Below are positions 11,401-22,945 of a DNA stretch of 64,000 nt, piece by piece. The notes under the pieces are model-generated. The model was not told where the DNA came from. It searched no databases and saw only the letters and a program-made list of their open reading frames with translations. The position numbers and the translations under genes are program-made. This DNA is from an uncultured Methanosarcinaceae archaeon (GTDB lineage: Archaea > Halobacteriota > Methanosarcinia > Methanosarcinales > Methanosarcinaceae): contig CAWHXP010000013.1 of NCBI GenBank assembly GCA_963833425.1, forward strand, positions 160,001-224,000, given 5' to 3'. Position 1 is the stretch's first letter. Each line of letters begins with the position of its first letter.

Positions 11401-12705
11401 GTGTCTGACAAAGTAGACATCTACGACGACAGAGGAAAACTGCTCGAGAGCAAAGTTGACATTATGAACCTTGCTCCAACAAGAAATGCAGCAATTAAAA
11501 AAATCATCTTGGACACCAAGAGATCTGTTGCAATCTCCATAGCAGGTATTCAAGGCGCACTTGCTAGTGGTAAAATGGGCGGAAAAGGCCGTCAGATCCT
11601 GGGTCGCGGACTCAATTATGACCTTGTTGGCAATGTTGATGGACTTGCAGCAAAGGTAAAGGATTTAGTTAAAGTCGACAGCGGAGACGATACCAATGTG
11701 AAGGTCCTTAAAGGAGGGAAGAGTCTTCTCGTTCAGGTTCCAGAGTCTCGAATGGTCGCCGGCGCAGATTATATGTCCGCAACAACAGTAGGTGCAGCAT
11801 CAGTCACCGAGGCAATTTTGGATATGTTCAAAACCGACATGTATGATGCACCCATAGTTAAAGGCGCAGTATGGGGAAGTTACCCACAAACAATGGACCT
11901 CATGGGCGGAAACGTTGCAAGTATCCTGAGCATTCCCCAGAACAACGAAGGTCTAGGTTTCTCTCTCAGGAATATCATGGCCAACCACGTGGCAGCAATC
12001 ACTAATCGGTCTGCTATAAATTCATCAGCTCTTTCTTCTATCTATGAACAGGCCGGTATTTTCGAGATGGGTGGTGCAGTCGGTATGTTCGAAAGGCATC
12101 AACTTCTTGGTCTCGCATACCAGGGCCTTAATGCCAACAATATATTATATGACGTTGTGAAGGAAAATGGAAAGACCGGTACAATGGGAACTGTTGTCCA
12201 GTCAATAGTCAACAGAGCAATTGAAGATGGAGTAATTTCAGTTGACAAAAAAGCACCTTCTGGATACAACTTCTACAAGGCAAATGACGTCCCCAAGTGG
12301 AATGCTTATGCAGCAGCCGGTACACTTGCAGCAACTCTTGTAAACTGTGGCGCAGCACGTGCAGCTCAGGGTGTTTCTGCAACACTTCTCTACTTCAATG
12401 ATATCCTTGAGAAGGAAACAGGTCTCCCGGGATGTGACTATGGTAAAGTAGAAGGTGTCGCTGTAGGGTTCTCATTCTTCAGTCACTCAATCTACGGTGG
12501 CGGTGGACCAGGTGTCTTCAATGGTAATCACGTGGTTACTAGACACTCAAGAGGATTTGCAATCCCCTGCGTATGCGCAGCAGTAGCCCTTGATGCAGGT
12601 ACCCAGATGTTCACAATCGAATCAACATCCGGCCTCATAGGTGACGTTTTTGGTGGAATCCCAGAATTCCGCGAGCCAATTAAAGCAGTCGCAGGAGCGC
12701 TCTAA
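11401..12705 (+). CDS. mcrB: Methyl-coenzyme M reductase beta subunit
   Basis: GTG start after AGGAGG. Motifs DIYDDRGK and FFSHSIYGGGGPGVFNGNHVVTRHS. Confidence 0.98.
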   Translation: MSDKVDIYDDRGKLLESKVDIMNLAPTRNAAIKKIILDTKRSVAISIAGIQGALASGKMGGKGRQILGRGLNYDLVGNVDGLAAKVKDLVKVDSGDDTNVKVLKGGKSLLVQVPESRMVAGADYMSATTVGAASVTEAILDMFKTDMYDAPIVKGAVWGSYPQTMDLMGGNVASILSIPQNNEGLGFSLRNIMANHVAAITNRSAINSSALSSIYEQAGIFEMGGAVGMFERHQLLGLAYQGLNANNILYDVVKENGKTGTMGTVVQSIVNRAIEDGVISVDKKAPSGYNFYKANDVPKWNAYAAAGTLAATLVNCGAARAAQGVSATLLYFNDILEKETGLPGCDYGKVEGVAVGFSFFSHSIYGGGGPGVFNGNHVVTRHSRGFAIPCVCAAVALDAGTQMFTIESTSGLIGDVFGGIPEFREPIKAVAGAL

Positions 12706-12729
12706 AAATCTATTAATTAAGGTCTATAG

Positions 12730-13224
12730 ATGTCAGACTCTGCTTCAAATACAGAAGATTTGAGTATTCAAATCGAAATTTTCCCAAATAGAATCCTGTC
12801 TCCGGAAACAGCTCAGAAGCTCATGACTGAGCTTTACAAGATAGACGGAATAATCCGCGTTATGGTGCAGGGCAACAGGTTGCCTGAAAAGGTGTCTTCT
12901 GGTCCAGGTACTGGAGAAAAGGTGGAACATCCACTAAGAAAACCTATTCAGATAGGGGATCAGGTTATTGAACTAAAGATCAGTGTAGGCAGAATCAGGG
13001 TTGAACTTTCAAACGCTGAATCGAAGGACAAAGTCAGAGAGATATGTGAAAACATTCTTCCGTTCTCTTTTGAATTCAGGGAAGGAAATTTTTTCAGGAG
13101 AAAGCCTACTGTGACTGACTATGCAAAACTTGGTCCTGAAGCTGACCCTCGTTTGCTTGGGATGGTAGATCCTAAAAGCAAGACAAATCAGTTGGCCTTC
13201 ATCGAAAAAAAAGAAAAAAAATAA
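12730..13224 (+). CDS. mcrD: MCR operon protein D
   Basis: IQIEIFPNRILSPETAQKL...PTVTDYAKLGP; second gene of the operon. Confidence 0.95.
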   Translation: MSDSASNTEDLSIQIEIFPNRILSPETAQKLMTELYKIDGIIRVMVQGNRLPEKVSSGPGTGEKVEHPLRKPIQIGDQVIELKISVGRIRVELSNAESKDKVREICENILPFSFEFREGNFFRRKPTVTDYAKLGPEADPRLLGMVDPKSKTNQLAFIEKKEKK

Positions 13225-13236
13225 AGATTAATTAAA

Positions 13237-13854
13237 ATGATAGATAGGGAAACACAAATCGTTGACTGCCGATGTGGTTCAGGACTTGGCAGAGGAGGAG
13301 GACTTGCTCAGCGTGGTACTCTCGCAGAAGCCTGCCGTTCAGATGTCGTGGCTATTGCCATGAGTCCCGGCCAGAGACATATCACAAAACCCGTATGTGA
13401 GATCACGTACGGAATGAGAAAAGAAAACATTCAGGTCAGTGTGCTGGTACTCTATTCAGGTTCCGGAATTCCTGATTCAGGTATGATAACCGGATCTTTT
13501 GTACTGAGTCCGATAGAAGTTGCACAAATTGAAATGCACAAGCTGGCAGTTATCCACCTCGGAAATATCAAGGACCACGTAATTAGGAAAACTAGGGAAA
13601 TCTTGAGCCAGGCTAATATACCAGCAATTGTCGTCAGTCAGATTTCGGTAGATTTTGAGGATTTTGCAGAAGCAGGGATAAAGACAAGATTAGTGATGCC
13701 AAGGGATGAAAATATTTGTACAAAAGGAATTGTGATGAATATTGTGAGTGGGGTTACACGCGGTGACTCCTGTCCCAGGGATAAACTAAACTTAATCGTG
13801 AAATATGTCAAGACAACATTAGACCATTTAGAAAATCACAAAGGAGTTGCATGA
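13237..13854 (+). CDS. mcrC: MCR operon protein C
   Basis: VDCRCGSGLGRGGGLAQRGT and RHITKPVCEIT motifs. Confidence 0.95.
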   Translation: MIDRETQIVDCRCGSGLGRGGGLAQRGTLAEACRSDVVAIAMSPGQRHITKPVCEITYGMRKENIQVSVLVLYSGSGIPDSGMITGSFVLSPIEVAQIEMHKLAVIHLGNIKDHVIRKTREILSQANIPAIVVSQISVDFEDFAEAGIKTRLVMPRDENICTKGIVMNIVSGVTRGDSCPRDKLNLIVKYVKTTLDHLENHKGVA

Positions 13855-13855
13855 A

Positions 13856-14602
13856 ATGGTATATAAACCACAATTTTATCCAGGAGCGACCTCAGTTGGC
13901 GCTAACAGAAGAAAGCACATGTCTGGAAAACTTGAAAAACTCAGGGAAATTTCAGACGAAGACTTAACCGCAATTCTCGGACACCGTGCACCAGGAAGCG
14001 ACTATCCAAGCACCCACCCACCACTTGCAGAAATGGGAGAGCCCGCATGCTCGACTCGTGAAATTGTCGAAGCTACCCCAGGCGCAAAGGCCGGTGACAG
14101 AGTCAGATACGTTCAATTTACTGACTCTATGTATAATGCCCCAGCTACCCCGTACTTCAGATCATACTTCGCGGCAATCAACTTCAGAGGTGTAGATCCA
14201 GGTACCCTTTCTGGTCGTCAGATCGTCGAAGCTCGTGAGAGAGACATGGAAAAGTGTGCAAAGGTTCAGGTGGAGACCGAAATTAGTGACCATGCACTCT
14301 GCGGTGTGCGTGGTGCAACAGTGCACGGCCACTCAGTCCGTCTCCAGGAAGATGGTGTAATGTTTGATATGCTCGACAGGAGAAGACTCGAAGGCGGCAA
14401 CATCATCATGGACAAGGACCAAGTTGCAATTCCACTCGACAGGAAAGTAAACCTTGGAAAGCCTATGTCTGAAGAAGAAGCTGCAAAGAGGACTACCATC
14501 TACCGTGTGGACAATGTGGCCTTCAAGGACGACCCAGAAGTCGTTGAATGGGTACACAGAATATTCGATAACAGGACTAAGTACGGATTCCAGCCTAAAT
14601 GA
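13856..14602 (+). CDS. mcrG: Methyl-coenzyme M reductase gamma subunit
   Basis: [36 protein letters not shown] and [12 protein letters not shown]. Confidence 0.98.
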   Translation: MVYKPQFYPGATSVGANRRKHMSGKLEKLREISDEDLTAILGHRAPGSDYPSTHPPLAEMGEPACSTREIVEATPGAKAGDRVRYVQFTDSMYNAPATPYFRSYFAAINFRGVDPGTLSGRQIVEARERDMEKCAKVQVETEISDHALCGVRGATVHGHSVRLQEDGVMFDMLDRRRLEGGNIIMDKDQVAIPLDRKVNLGKPMSEEEAAKRTTIYRVDNVAFKDDPEVVEWVHRIFDNRTKYGFQPK

Positions 14603-14612
14603 GGTGACCACA

Positions 14613-16328
14613 ATGGCAGCAGATATTTACTCTAAATTCAAAAAATCAATGGAAGTCAAGTTCACAAAGGAATTTGGTTCTAACCAGCAGTCCACCAAGG
14701 ACATTACCGACAAGACCGAAAAATTCCTGAGGCTTGGGCCTACGCAAGATCCAAGAAAGGCCGACATGATTAAGGCCGGAAAGCAACTTGCAGAGAAGAG
14801 AGGCCTAGCATTCTACAACCCGATGATGCACTCCGGTGCTCCAATAGGTCAGCGTGCAATTACTCCCTATATCATCTCCGGCACCGACATCGTTGCAGAA
14901 CCTGACGACCTCCACTACGTGAACAACGCTGCAATGCAGCAGATGTGGGATGATATCAGGAGAACGTGTATAGTCGGTCTTGATCTTGCTCATGAGACCC
15001 TTGAAAAGAGGCTGGGTAAGGAAGTTACTCCTGAGACTATTAACCACTATCTTGAAGTCCTTAACCACGCCATGCCTGGCGCAGCAGTTGTTCAGGAAAT
15101 GATGGTCGAAACCCATCCAGCGCTTGTAGATGACTGTTACGTCAAAGTCTTCACAGGTGATGACGCGCTTGCAGACGAAATAGACAAGCAGTTCCTTATT
15201 AATATCAATAAGGAGTTCACTGCAGACCAGGCAGCTCAGATTAAGGCCTCCATTGGTAAAACTTCCTGGCAGGCAATCCACATCCCGACAATCGTCTCAA
15301 GAACGACTGACGGTGCTCAGACCTCCAGGTGGGCAGCCATGCAGATAGGCATGTCCTTCATTTCCGCATATGCAATGTGCGCAGGGGAAGCGGCTGTCGC
15401 TGACCTGTCCTTCGCTGCAAAGCACGCAGCTCTGGTTTCCATGGGCGAAATGCTGCCTGCAAGGCGTGCACGTGGTCCTAATGAGCCAGGTGGATTGTCC
15501 TTCGGTCACATATCAGATATCATTCAGACAAGTCGCAAAGCGATTGATGATCCAGCAAAGGTCTCTCTTGAAGTTGTGGGTGCAGGCTGTATGTTGTACG
15601 ATCAAATCTGGCTCGGGTCCTACATGTCCGGCGGTGTCGGGTTCACCCAATATGCAACAGCTGCATACACCGACGACATCCTCGACAACAACGTCTACTA
15701 TAACGTTGATTACATCAACGACAAATACAAGGGTGCTGCAAAAGTCGGCAAGGACAACAAGATAAAGGCAACCTTGGACGTTGTAAAGGACATTGCAACC
15801 GAGTCCACAATCTATGGTATCGAGACCTACGAGAAATTCCCGACAGCCCTTGAAGATCACTTCGGTGGATCTCAGAGAGCAACTGTGCTCGCAGCAGCAG
15901 CAGGTGTCGCAACAGCTCTTGCGACCGGAAACGCCAACGCTGGGCTATCAGGCTGGTATCTATCCATGTACCTTCATAAGGAAGCATGGGGACGTCTCGG
16001 CTTCTTCGGATACGACCTGCAAGACCAGTGTGGTGCCACAAATGTTCTGTCCTACCAGGGCGATGAAGGTCTCCCAGACGAACTACGTGGGCCTAACTAC
16101 CCTAACTATGCAATGAATGTAGGACACCAGGGTGGGTACGCAGGTATTGCTCAGGCAGCTCACGCAGGCCGTGGCGACGCATTCACCGTTAACCCCCTCA
16201 TAAAGGTATGTTTCGCTGACGACCTCTTGCCCTTCAATTTTGCTGAACCCAGGAGAGAATTCGGTCGCGGTGCCATGAGGGAGTTTGTGGCTGCTGGTTC
16301 GAGATCTCTCATAACCCCGGCAAAATAA
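14613..16328 (+). CDS. mcrA: Methyl-coenzyme M reductase alpha subunit
   Basis: ATG after GAGGTG. Motifs [42 protein letters not shown] and NYAMNVGH. Confidence 0.99.
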   Translation: MAADIYSKFKKSMEVKFTKEFGSNQQSTKDITDKTEKFLRLGPTQDPRKADMIKAGKQLAEKRGLAFYNPMMHSGAPIGQRAITPYIISGTDIVAEPDDLHYVNNAAMQQMWDDIRRTCIVGLDLAHETLEKRLGKEVTPETINHYLEVLNHAMPGAAVVQEMMVETHPALVDDCYVKVFTGDDALADEIDKQFLININKEFTADQAAQIKASIGKTSWQAIHIPTIVSRTTDGAQTSRWAAMQIGMSFISAYAMCAGEAAVADLSFAAKHAALVSMGEMLPARRARGPNEPGGLSFGHISDIIQTSRKAIDDPAKVSLEVVGAGCMLYDQIWLGSYMSGGVGFTQYATAAYTDDILDNNVYYNVDYINDKYKGAAKVGKDNKIKATLDVVKDIATESTIYGIETYEKFPTALEDHFGGSQRATVLAAAAGVATALATGNANAGLSGWYLSMYLHKEAWGRLGFFGYDLQDQCGATNVLSYQGDEGLPDELRGPNYPNYAMNVGHQGGYAGIAQAAHAGRGDAFTVNPLIKVCFADDLLPFNFAEPRREFGRGAMREFVAAGSRSLITPAK

Positions 16329-16353
16329 TCAAAATGGTCAAATATTTTAAAAA

Positions 16354-16385
16354 TAGTAGGTCTTTTTACCTACTTTTTGTTTTTT
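16354..16385 (+). terminator. Putative mcr operon terminator
   Basis: AGTAGGT / ACCTACT stem around a short pyrimidine loop, followed by T-tracts directly after the mcrA stop. Confidence 0.65.
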
Positions 16386-16830
16386 ATAATTATTTTAAAT
16401 ATATCTTTTCTCAGAAATTATTTTGGTTCAATAGGATATACATACCCAGTGTATATTAGTAAATTTCTTTGCATTGAGAACCGGGAAATTTAACTTTTTC
16501 AACAATAATTTTAACCACAAAGATGGCATTAGCTTTTCAAACGTCATTTAAGAGCCTTCAAAAATTTCATCCGAATTCTATCGAATTTGTCAATTTCTAA
16601 CCCCAGATGCTAAAAAAGTTATAGGACTACTGAAGGTTTTGTTCTGTTTTTAGTATCAAATTAATTGACCAGTACTAACTATTGTCCCCAAAGTATAATA
16701 ATCTGTCAAATTTAGTACCTCAAATTCGATAAAAATTTGAAAAATAGTTCTTATGATACGGATAATCATCTGTCATATAATATCTTCACAAAAGGGACAA
16801 AAATTTATTGACACAAATATTACTTCTATA

Positions 16831-17973
16831 GAGAATTTCGAGAACCTCCATGCTCTTGAGCATGGTTGACTTTAAATTTGTCAATATTTATGTATATTCA
16901 TGAAAACTCTTATCGATTTTGATCTTAAAGAAGAGTATAACGTCTTGAAGCTGTTGGAGATAAGATTGCTGAAATTGCTTCCTTAATTGATTAGAAACTT
17001 TTTCGTATTATTCTTTAGTCTATGTATATTAACAAAACCGTTTCAGAAGGGAGACCTGAAACTGATGTCATTGTGATGTTCAAAATGCTTGTTTTACAAC
17101 AATGGTACAGGCTCTCTGATTTTGAACTTGAGAAACAGTGTATAGATCGAATTTCTTTTAGGAAATTCCTTGGATTTCTGGAATACATACCTGACAGTGC
17201 TACTGTATGGCTATTTAGGGAGAGAATTATCGAGAATTTCAAAGAAAATATAGGGAAAGTTGCAAAGCCAACTTGATACTCTGGGTTTACAGATAAAGTA
17301 GGGAATGATTCAGGATGCTATTTTTATCCATTCAGATCCAGGACATGCAAAAGCAGATAAACCTCGAGGAGATGAGGCAAAAACAAGAAGAAGCAGAGAC
17401 GGAACATGGACAAAGAAGGGAGGTAAGTCTCACTTTGTATATAAGCGTCATAATATAATAGACAGAGATTATGAGCTGATCAGAAGATTCAAAACAACAA
17501 CTGCATCAGTACATGATTCGTATGTAGATTTGACAGAGGAAAATGAAGTGGTTTATAGGGACAGAGGATACTTTGGAGCAAAAACGAAAGTGTATAATGC
17601 AACAATGAAAAGAGCAGTCAAAAGACATACGCTGGGAATAAGGGATATATTAAGAAATAAGAGAATTAGCTCAAAAAGAGGCAAAGGAGAAAGAGTTTAT
17701 TCAGTAACGAAAGAAATTTTCAAAGCAGAAGAGTTTTTGTTACTACTGTTAAAAGAGTAAATCTAAAAATGTTGTGTACGGCTTTTTGTTATAATCTCCA
17801 TCAATTGAGGAAATTGAAAATAAAAAAAGTATATTGAAGATAGCGGAAGCTATCTTTAAAATCAAAGAATTGAGAATAAGTAAAGCCAAAAAGAGGAATT
17901 AAATAGAGAAATTGACGGGAAGATATGAGAAATTCCTGCTAAGAAATAAAATCCGAAGTTTATCGAAATCCTC
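16831..17973 (+). mobile_element. Full-length but inactivated IS5-family element
   Basis: IRs GAGAATTTCGAGAACC / GTTTATCGAAATCCTC with TATA on both flanks. Transposase fragments (KMLVLQQWY, IQDAIFIHSDPGH, YRDRGY, GERVY) are broken by frameshifts and stops. Confidence 0.9.
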
Positions 17974-18231
17974 TATATACTTCTCAAAAATAAAAATGTC
18001 GTTGATACAAAATCAAAATGCTAAATTAGAGATCACAAATCCAATAGCAATTTAGATCAAAATAAAATTTGAAGATAAGTCCCAAAAACGAAATAAAGAG
18101 TTAAATAAAACATATTGTATTAATGAATCTCCTAAAAATCAATTAAAAGTTCAAACTGAATTAAAAAAGACTGAAAAATTAGTCAATATAAGATTTTTCA
18201 GTCTTGCTTGTTTTCATTTGAAGCATAACGC

Positions 18232-18438
18232 TTATTCAAGGATGCTAGCAAAACCATATTTTGGAAGTATCTTTTCTATCTTAATCCTTACCTCATCGCC
18301 AACCTTGGTTCCTGGGACAAAAATCACAAAGCTCTCTATACGAGCAATACCATCTCCCTGGCGCGCGATATCTTGAATTGTAACATCATAAACTTCACCT
18401 TCTTCGACAGGAACAGAGCTACTTTCGTCTCTGAGCAT
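18232..18438 (-). CDS. Single TRAM-domain RNA-binding protein (archaeal cold-shock-like)
   Basis: PVEEGEVYDVTIQDIARQGDGIARIESFVIFVPGTKVGDEV. Confidence 0.9.
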   Translation of the reverse strand: MLRDESSSVPVEEGEVYDVTIQDIARQGDGIARIESFVIFVPGTKVGDEVRIKIEKILPKYGFASILE

Positions 18439-18500
18439 GAAAACCATTCCTTAATAAATTAACTTGAAATTTGGAGTAATTACTCGATTCAAGCCTGAAT

Positions 18501-18707
18501 TTATTCTACAACACTTGCAAATGCAAATTTGGGTAATACTCTTTCAACTTTAATCCGAACCTCATCACCAACTTTGGTGCCCGGAACAAAGATAACAAAA
18601 CCCTCTATACGTGCAATGCCATCTCCTTGACGGGCAATATCCTGAATTGTTACATCATAAACTTCTCCCTCTTCGATAGGGACCGAGCGACTCTCTTCTC
18701 TGAACAT
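18501..18707 (-). CDS. Single TRAM-domain RNA-binding protein
   Basis: MFREESRSVPIEEGEVYDVTIQDIARQGDGIARIEGFVIFVPG; the likely start lies downstream of the ORF-track start. Confidence 0.9.
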   Translation of the reverse strand: MFREESRSVPIEEGEVYDVTIQDIARQGDGIARIEGFVIFVPGTKVGDEVRIKVERVLPKFAFASVVE

Positions 18708-18774
18708 GAAAAACCATTCCTTTAGTTTACTTAAGTTAAATTTTAATATAATACTTGATTTTCGGAAGCTGTAC

Positions 18775-18981
18775 CTACTCGACAACAGTTGCAAATGCAA
18801 ATTTTGGAAGTACCCTTCCAACCTTAATCTGAACTTCATCGCCTACGCTAGTATTCGGGACAAAAACTACGAAGCCTTCGATACGGGCGATGCCGTCTCC
18901 CTGGCGCGCAATGTCCTGAATAGTTACATCATAAGTTTCGCCCTCTTCAACGGGCACAGAAATACCTTCTTCTTTAAACAT
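18775..18981 (-). CDS. Single TRAM-domain RNA-binding protein
   Basis: MFKEEGISVPVEEGETYDVTIQDIARQGDGIARIEGFVVFVP; first of three tandem paralogs. Confidence 0.9.
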   Translation of the reverse strand: MFKEEGISVPVEEGETYDVTIQDIARQGDGIARIEGFVVFVPNTSVGDEVQIKVGRVLPKFAFATVVE

Positions 18982-19233
18982 AGGTTCATTCCTTTAATTT
19001 CTATTTAATTGCTTAAGAGCGCTCTTCGACAGAAAGGAGTAAAAACAGTACTTAACAAACCAAACTTGAAATCCAAATTTAGAAAGTACACATCCTATTT
19101 AATCTACTTGGTTAACTAGTATCCAACAGAGCTTCTGATTAAGTCAATTAATTGGTCATATTCATATTCGCTTGTATATAAAATTTTGCTTCAATTATAC
19201 TAAATTCGACACAGATAAAAAGGATGGTATTAA

Positions 19234-19702
<469 letters not shown>

Positions 19703-20488
19703 TAAAATAACTCAGTTAGTTAATAACAATTATCGGAGAGTTTCAATCTAGCAGTAAGCTGTGGGGGGTATTCAACTTGAATAATCACTATATCAGAGTT
19801 GTACTAGCCAATTAAAAAACATATTGGCAACATATCATGGTCAAAAAGGAGAGTAATTTGGTATGATATCGGTATTCCTTCCAATACATTCAACTAAGAT
19901 AAATTCACTAAATTTTATTCATGAAGTTATACAAATGGATTTCAACAAAACTCATTATATTAGTCGTTTGATTCAAAGAGTTTGTCAGAAGTAAATATAC
20001 AGAATAGCTAAATTAGGATCGTTTACTAAGAATTTGATGAAAATATTTAATGAACAAATAAATAGTTTAATTAATTGCTGAGTTGACTGCAAATAACTTC
20101 ATGCACATTCATGAATTCAAGAAACTTAAAGAAGTATACAATTCATAAATTTGTGGGTTTTTGATTATTACAGTCAATTGCTAGCGGAATTAATAATAAA
20201 TTATAGAGCTCCTAATAGGATCCATAAGTCTAGAGACTTACCATTTGTAGGAAAACTTCTAACCTTAACCATTTTACAAACTACAACAGTTACCGTTAAC
20301 AAATTCTCTCATCCAAGTTCAGTATCTCATTCCTAATTATGTTATCCACAAAAGTCTGGTTGTTTGTAAGGTTACATCTTTGATTTTCATTACATAAGAG
20401 GAGCAAATTATATACCATAATATTGGCCGCAGAATATCAGTAGCATTCTTAAAAAATTTATCCCAGATCAAAAATAGGAAATATTTCC

Positions 20489-21370
20489 ATGAAGATTAAT
20501 CCACGCTGCATCTATTGCCTACTTTCAAGAGTCCACTTCCAGTCTAAGCTTTCGACAGATGATGAAGATCTCATAAACAAGACAATGCATGAATGCCTTA
20601 GAGTTATGAATAAATATTATGATCCTGAAGCAGTATCTGCATCTATAGCAACTAAAATCCATAGGAAATGCTATGAAGTTCTGGGAGATAAAGACCCTTA
20701 TGCGGGAACAAAGAAACTTATCAACCGGTCTGCACTTAAAGTCCTGACTGCAGCCAAACAAAAAATTTATGAAAATTCTCCTGATAACAGGGAAATTTTC
20801 CGGCGGGCGGTGCTTTCATCTGTGATTGCAAATTACTTTGATTTTGGTATAATGGGATTTGATGCCAATGAAACTGAATTTGAGACTGTTTTTCTGAAAC
20901 TCTTCGAACACGGACTTGACGTGGATGATACTCCTAAAATATTTTGCCTCCTGCAAGATGTTGTTTACATTGCAGACAACTGTGGTGAGATCCTCTTTGA
21001 TGTGCTAGTTTTTGATGTTATAAAAAAACTCGGAGGGAAAATAACGCTTGTAGTTAGGGGAGGCCCAATTCTCACGGACGTAACCTTAGAAGAGGTAACA
21101 GAGTTTGAAGTGGATAAAAAAGTTGATCGGGTCCTGACTACAGGTTCTAATGCAATAGGTGTTCTGATCGAAGAAGCTCCACCTGAACTTCTCAAAGCCA
21201 TGAAAGATGCGACCCTTATCATAAGTAAGGGAATGGCTAACTATGAAACTCTTTCAGAACATAATTTTGGGCCTACTGCTTATATGCTTCTTACAAAATG
21301 TGAATGCGTTGCTGAGGATCTCGGGCTCGAACAGGGTCTAGTTGTTGCAAAACTAATGAATTGTCCTTGA
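20489..21370 (+). CDS. DUF89 / ARMT1-like damage-control phosphatase
   Basis: CIYC, ANYFD, DNCGE and SKGMANYE motifs. Confidence 0.88.
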   Translation: MKINPRCIYCLLSRVHFQSKLSTDDEDLINKTMHECLRVMNKYYDPEAVSASIATKIHRKCYEVLGDKDPYAGTKKLINRSALKVLTAAKQKIYENSPDNREIFRRAVLSSVIANYFDFGIMGFDANETEFETVFLKLFEHGLDVDDTPKIFCLLQDVVYIADNCGEILFDVLVFDVIKKLGGKITLVVRGGPILTDVTLEEVTEFEVDKKVDRVLTTGSNAIGVLIEEAPPELLKAMKDATLIISKGMANYETLSEHNFGPTAYMLLTKCECVAEDLGLEQGLVVAKLMNCP

Positions 21371-21803
21371 AATGTTAATTAGTATCTATTTTTTTCGGCA
21401 TCTTTTTATTTTCTGTGAGACAAAGACAAAACGCTTCGATCTATAAAAATGCAGCATTCATTACACTGAAAATTTAATCTAGAAAACGTCAACAATTTAA
21501 TGGTAAAAGAACTCCTGTTTTTGGAAAGTACTATAAGTGTAAACAACATATTGAAAAAAGTGGTTTCTTAGAACTATTTCATATATTTTGATGGCCTAGT
21601 TAAAAATGTGGCAACTCACAAATTAAATACTACTTTAATTTATTTAGGTGAAGTTTAAATCAGAGTTTGACTTATACCTAGATCAAAGAAAGGTAGCCAA
21701 AACAAGAATAGAGCATTTATGAATTTTGACAAACCAAGTAGAAAGTCCGAACATATTCATCCTTAGGTTGGTCGTAGCTTCGGGTATTTTAATTTTGAAT
21801 TAA

Positions 21804-21888
21804 GGAGAATTTCGATAAACCTTTATTTTCAAGAGTCAGTTGATATAAAGTTAAATGTATAAAAGAATTATAGGTTATCAAAACCTTT
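21804..21888. mobile_element. IS5-derived MITE (~85 bp)
   Basis: GAGAATTTCGATAAACC...GGTTATCAAAACC; interior similar to 35643-35729. Confidence 0.6.
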
Positions 21889-22018
21889 AAAACTCTCAAA
21901 AAGATATTTATACTCATACGATATTTAATTGGTAAGTGAATTTTTTTATCTAGTTAATGGATTATTGAATTTCCATTAACAGTGTGATTCTTAATATTTA
22001 TTAATAAGATACTCATCA

Positions 22019-22945
22019 ATGAGTACACTTGATAGCAGTGGTGGATCTATGAAAAGTAGCTTTTCGATCACAGTAGATCTTGAGGACTGGTATCATATTC
22101 CTTCAGTTTGTGGTTCTCCTTTTGCTGTTTATAGAAGTGTAGATGAATTTTTTGAAAAATGGGATGGTAAGTACGACTTTCTGACTGAGCCAACAAAAAG
22201 GGTACTGGATCTCCTCGATGAGTTCAAAGTGACTGCTACATTCTTTGCAGTTGCGGATATTGTAGAGAATTATCCTGGACTGATCGAGTCAGTCGTGGAA
22301 AGGGGACATGAGCTCGCATGCCATGGGTTGCACCACACCTGTAAAATAGATCCTGAAACAAAAAAACAGTTAATAAGTAACGAGGAATTTGAGCAAAGGA
22401 CATTGCTTGCAAAAAGAATTTTGGAAAAAGTTTGTGGGGACAAAATAGTTGGGTATCGAGCGCCAAATTCTCTAGTCGGTGGTTGGATGCTGGATTCTTT
22501 GGAACGGATTGGATTCAAATATGACTCATCTGTATCTGTAAATTCTCTTTATAATAAAACAGATTCGTCTCTTAGTACAGTTTCATCAACTCCATATTTT
22601 CCTATAGAAAGTGGCCTTGAAGTAGGAGAGGATAGAAACCTGGTTGAGTTTCCCTGGGCCTATTATCATAATTTATTGAAAATTCCGGCATCTGGAGGGC
22701 CAATGCTTCGTTTTTTTGGGGCTCCACTTGTATTAAATGGGCTTCTTCAAAGTCTAAGAAGAGGGCATACAGTATTTTATTTTCATCCATTGGATATTTC
22801 TTGTGCTAAATTTCCCTCAGTAGGGAACAATAGACCCTTTTATTGGTGTTTAAAAGGCAAGTTTGTTGAACAGAGGATCCGTTATATTTTGAAGAAGTTG
22901 GAAGACGTTGATAAAATATGCTTGCGAGATTATCAAGGCTTATGA
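22019..22945 (+). CDS. Polysaccharide deacetylase (CE4/NodB with DUF3473-type C-terminus)
   Basis: TVDLEDW, HELACHGLHH, GYRAP and YFHP motifs. Confidence 0.88.
   Translation: MSTLDSSGGSMKSSFSITVDLEDWYHIPSVCGSPFAVYRSVDEFFEKWDGKYDFLTEPTKRVLDLLDEFKVTATFFAVADIVENYPGLIESVVERGHELACHGLHHTCKIDPETKKQLISNEEFEQRTLLAKRILEKVCGDKIVGYRAPNSLVGGWMLDSLERIGFKYDSSVSVNSLYNKTDSSLSTVSSTPYFPIESGLEVGEDRNLVEFPWAYYHNLLKIPASGGPMLRFFGAPLVLNGLLQSLRRGHTVFYFHPLDISCAKFPSVGNNRPFYWCLKGKFVEQRIRYILKKLEDVDKICLRDYQGL

Noticed and set aside
14266..16116. Many overlapping or antisense ORFs within the mcr genes (likewise within sepS, hef, pyc and the OYE gene)
   Set aside because: Shadow frames produced by codon bias of real genes; no motifs or RBS.
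11401..16328. Divergent alkyl-CoM reductase or ANME-type MCR
   Set aside because: Active-site motifs and the BDCGA plus mmp10 arrangement are canonical for Methanosarcina.
2370..17973. mcr operon carried on a Tn10-like composite transposon
   Set aside because: Each IS5 copy has its own flanking duplication (AAGA vs TATA) and the outer flanks do not match, which indicates independent insertions.
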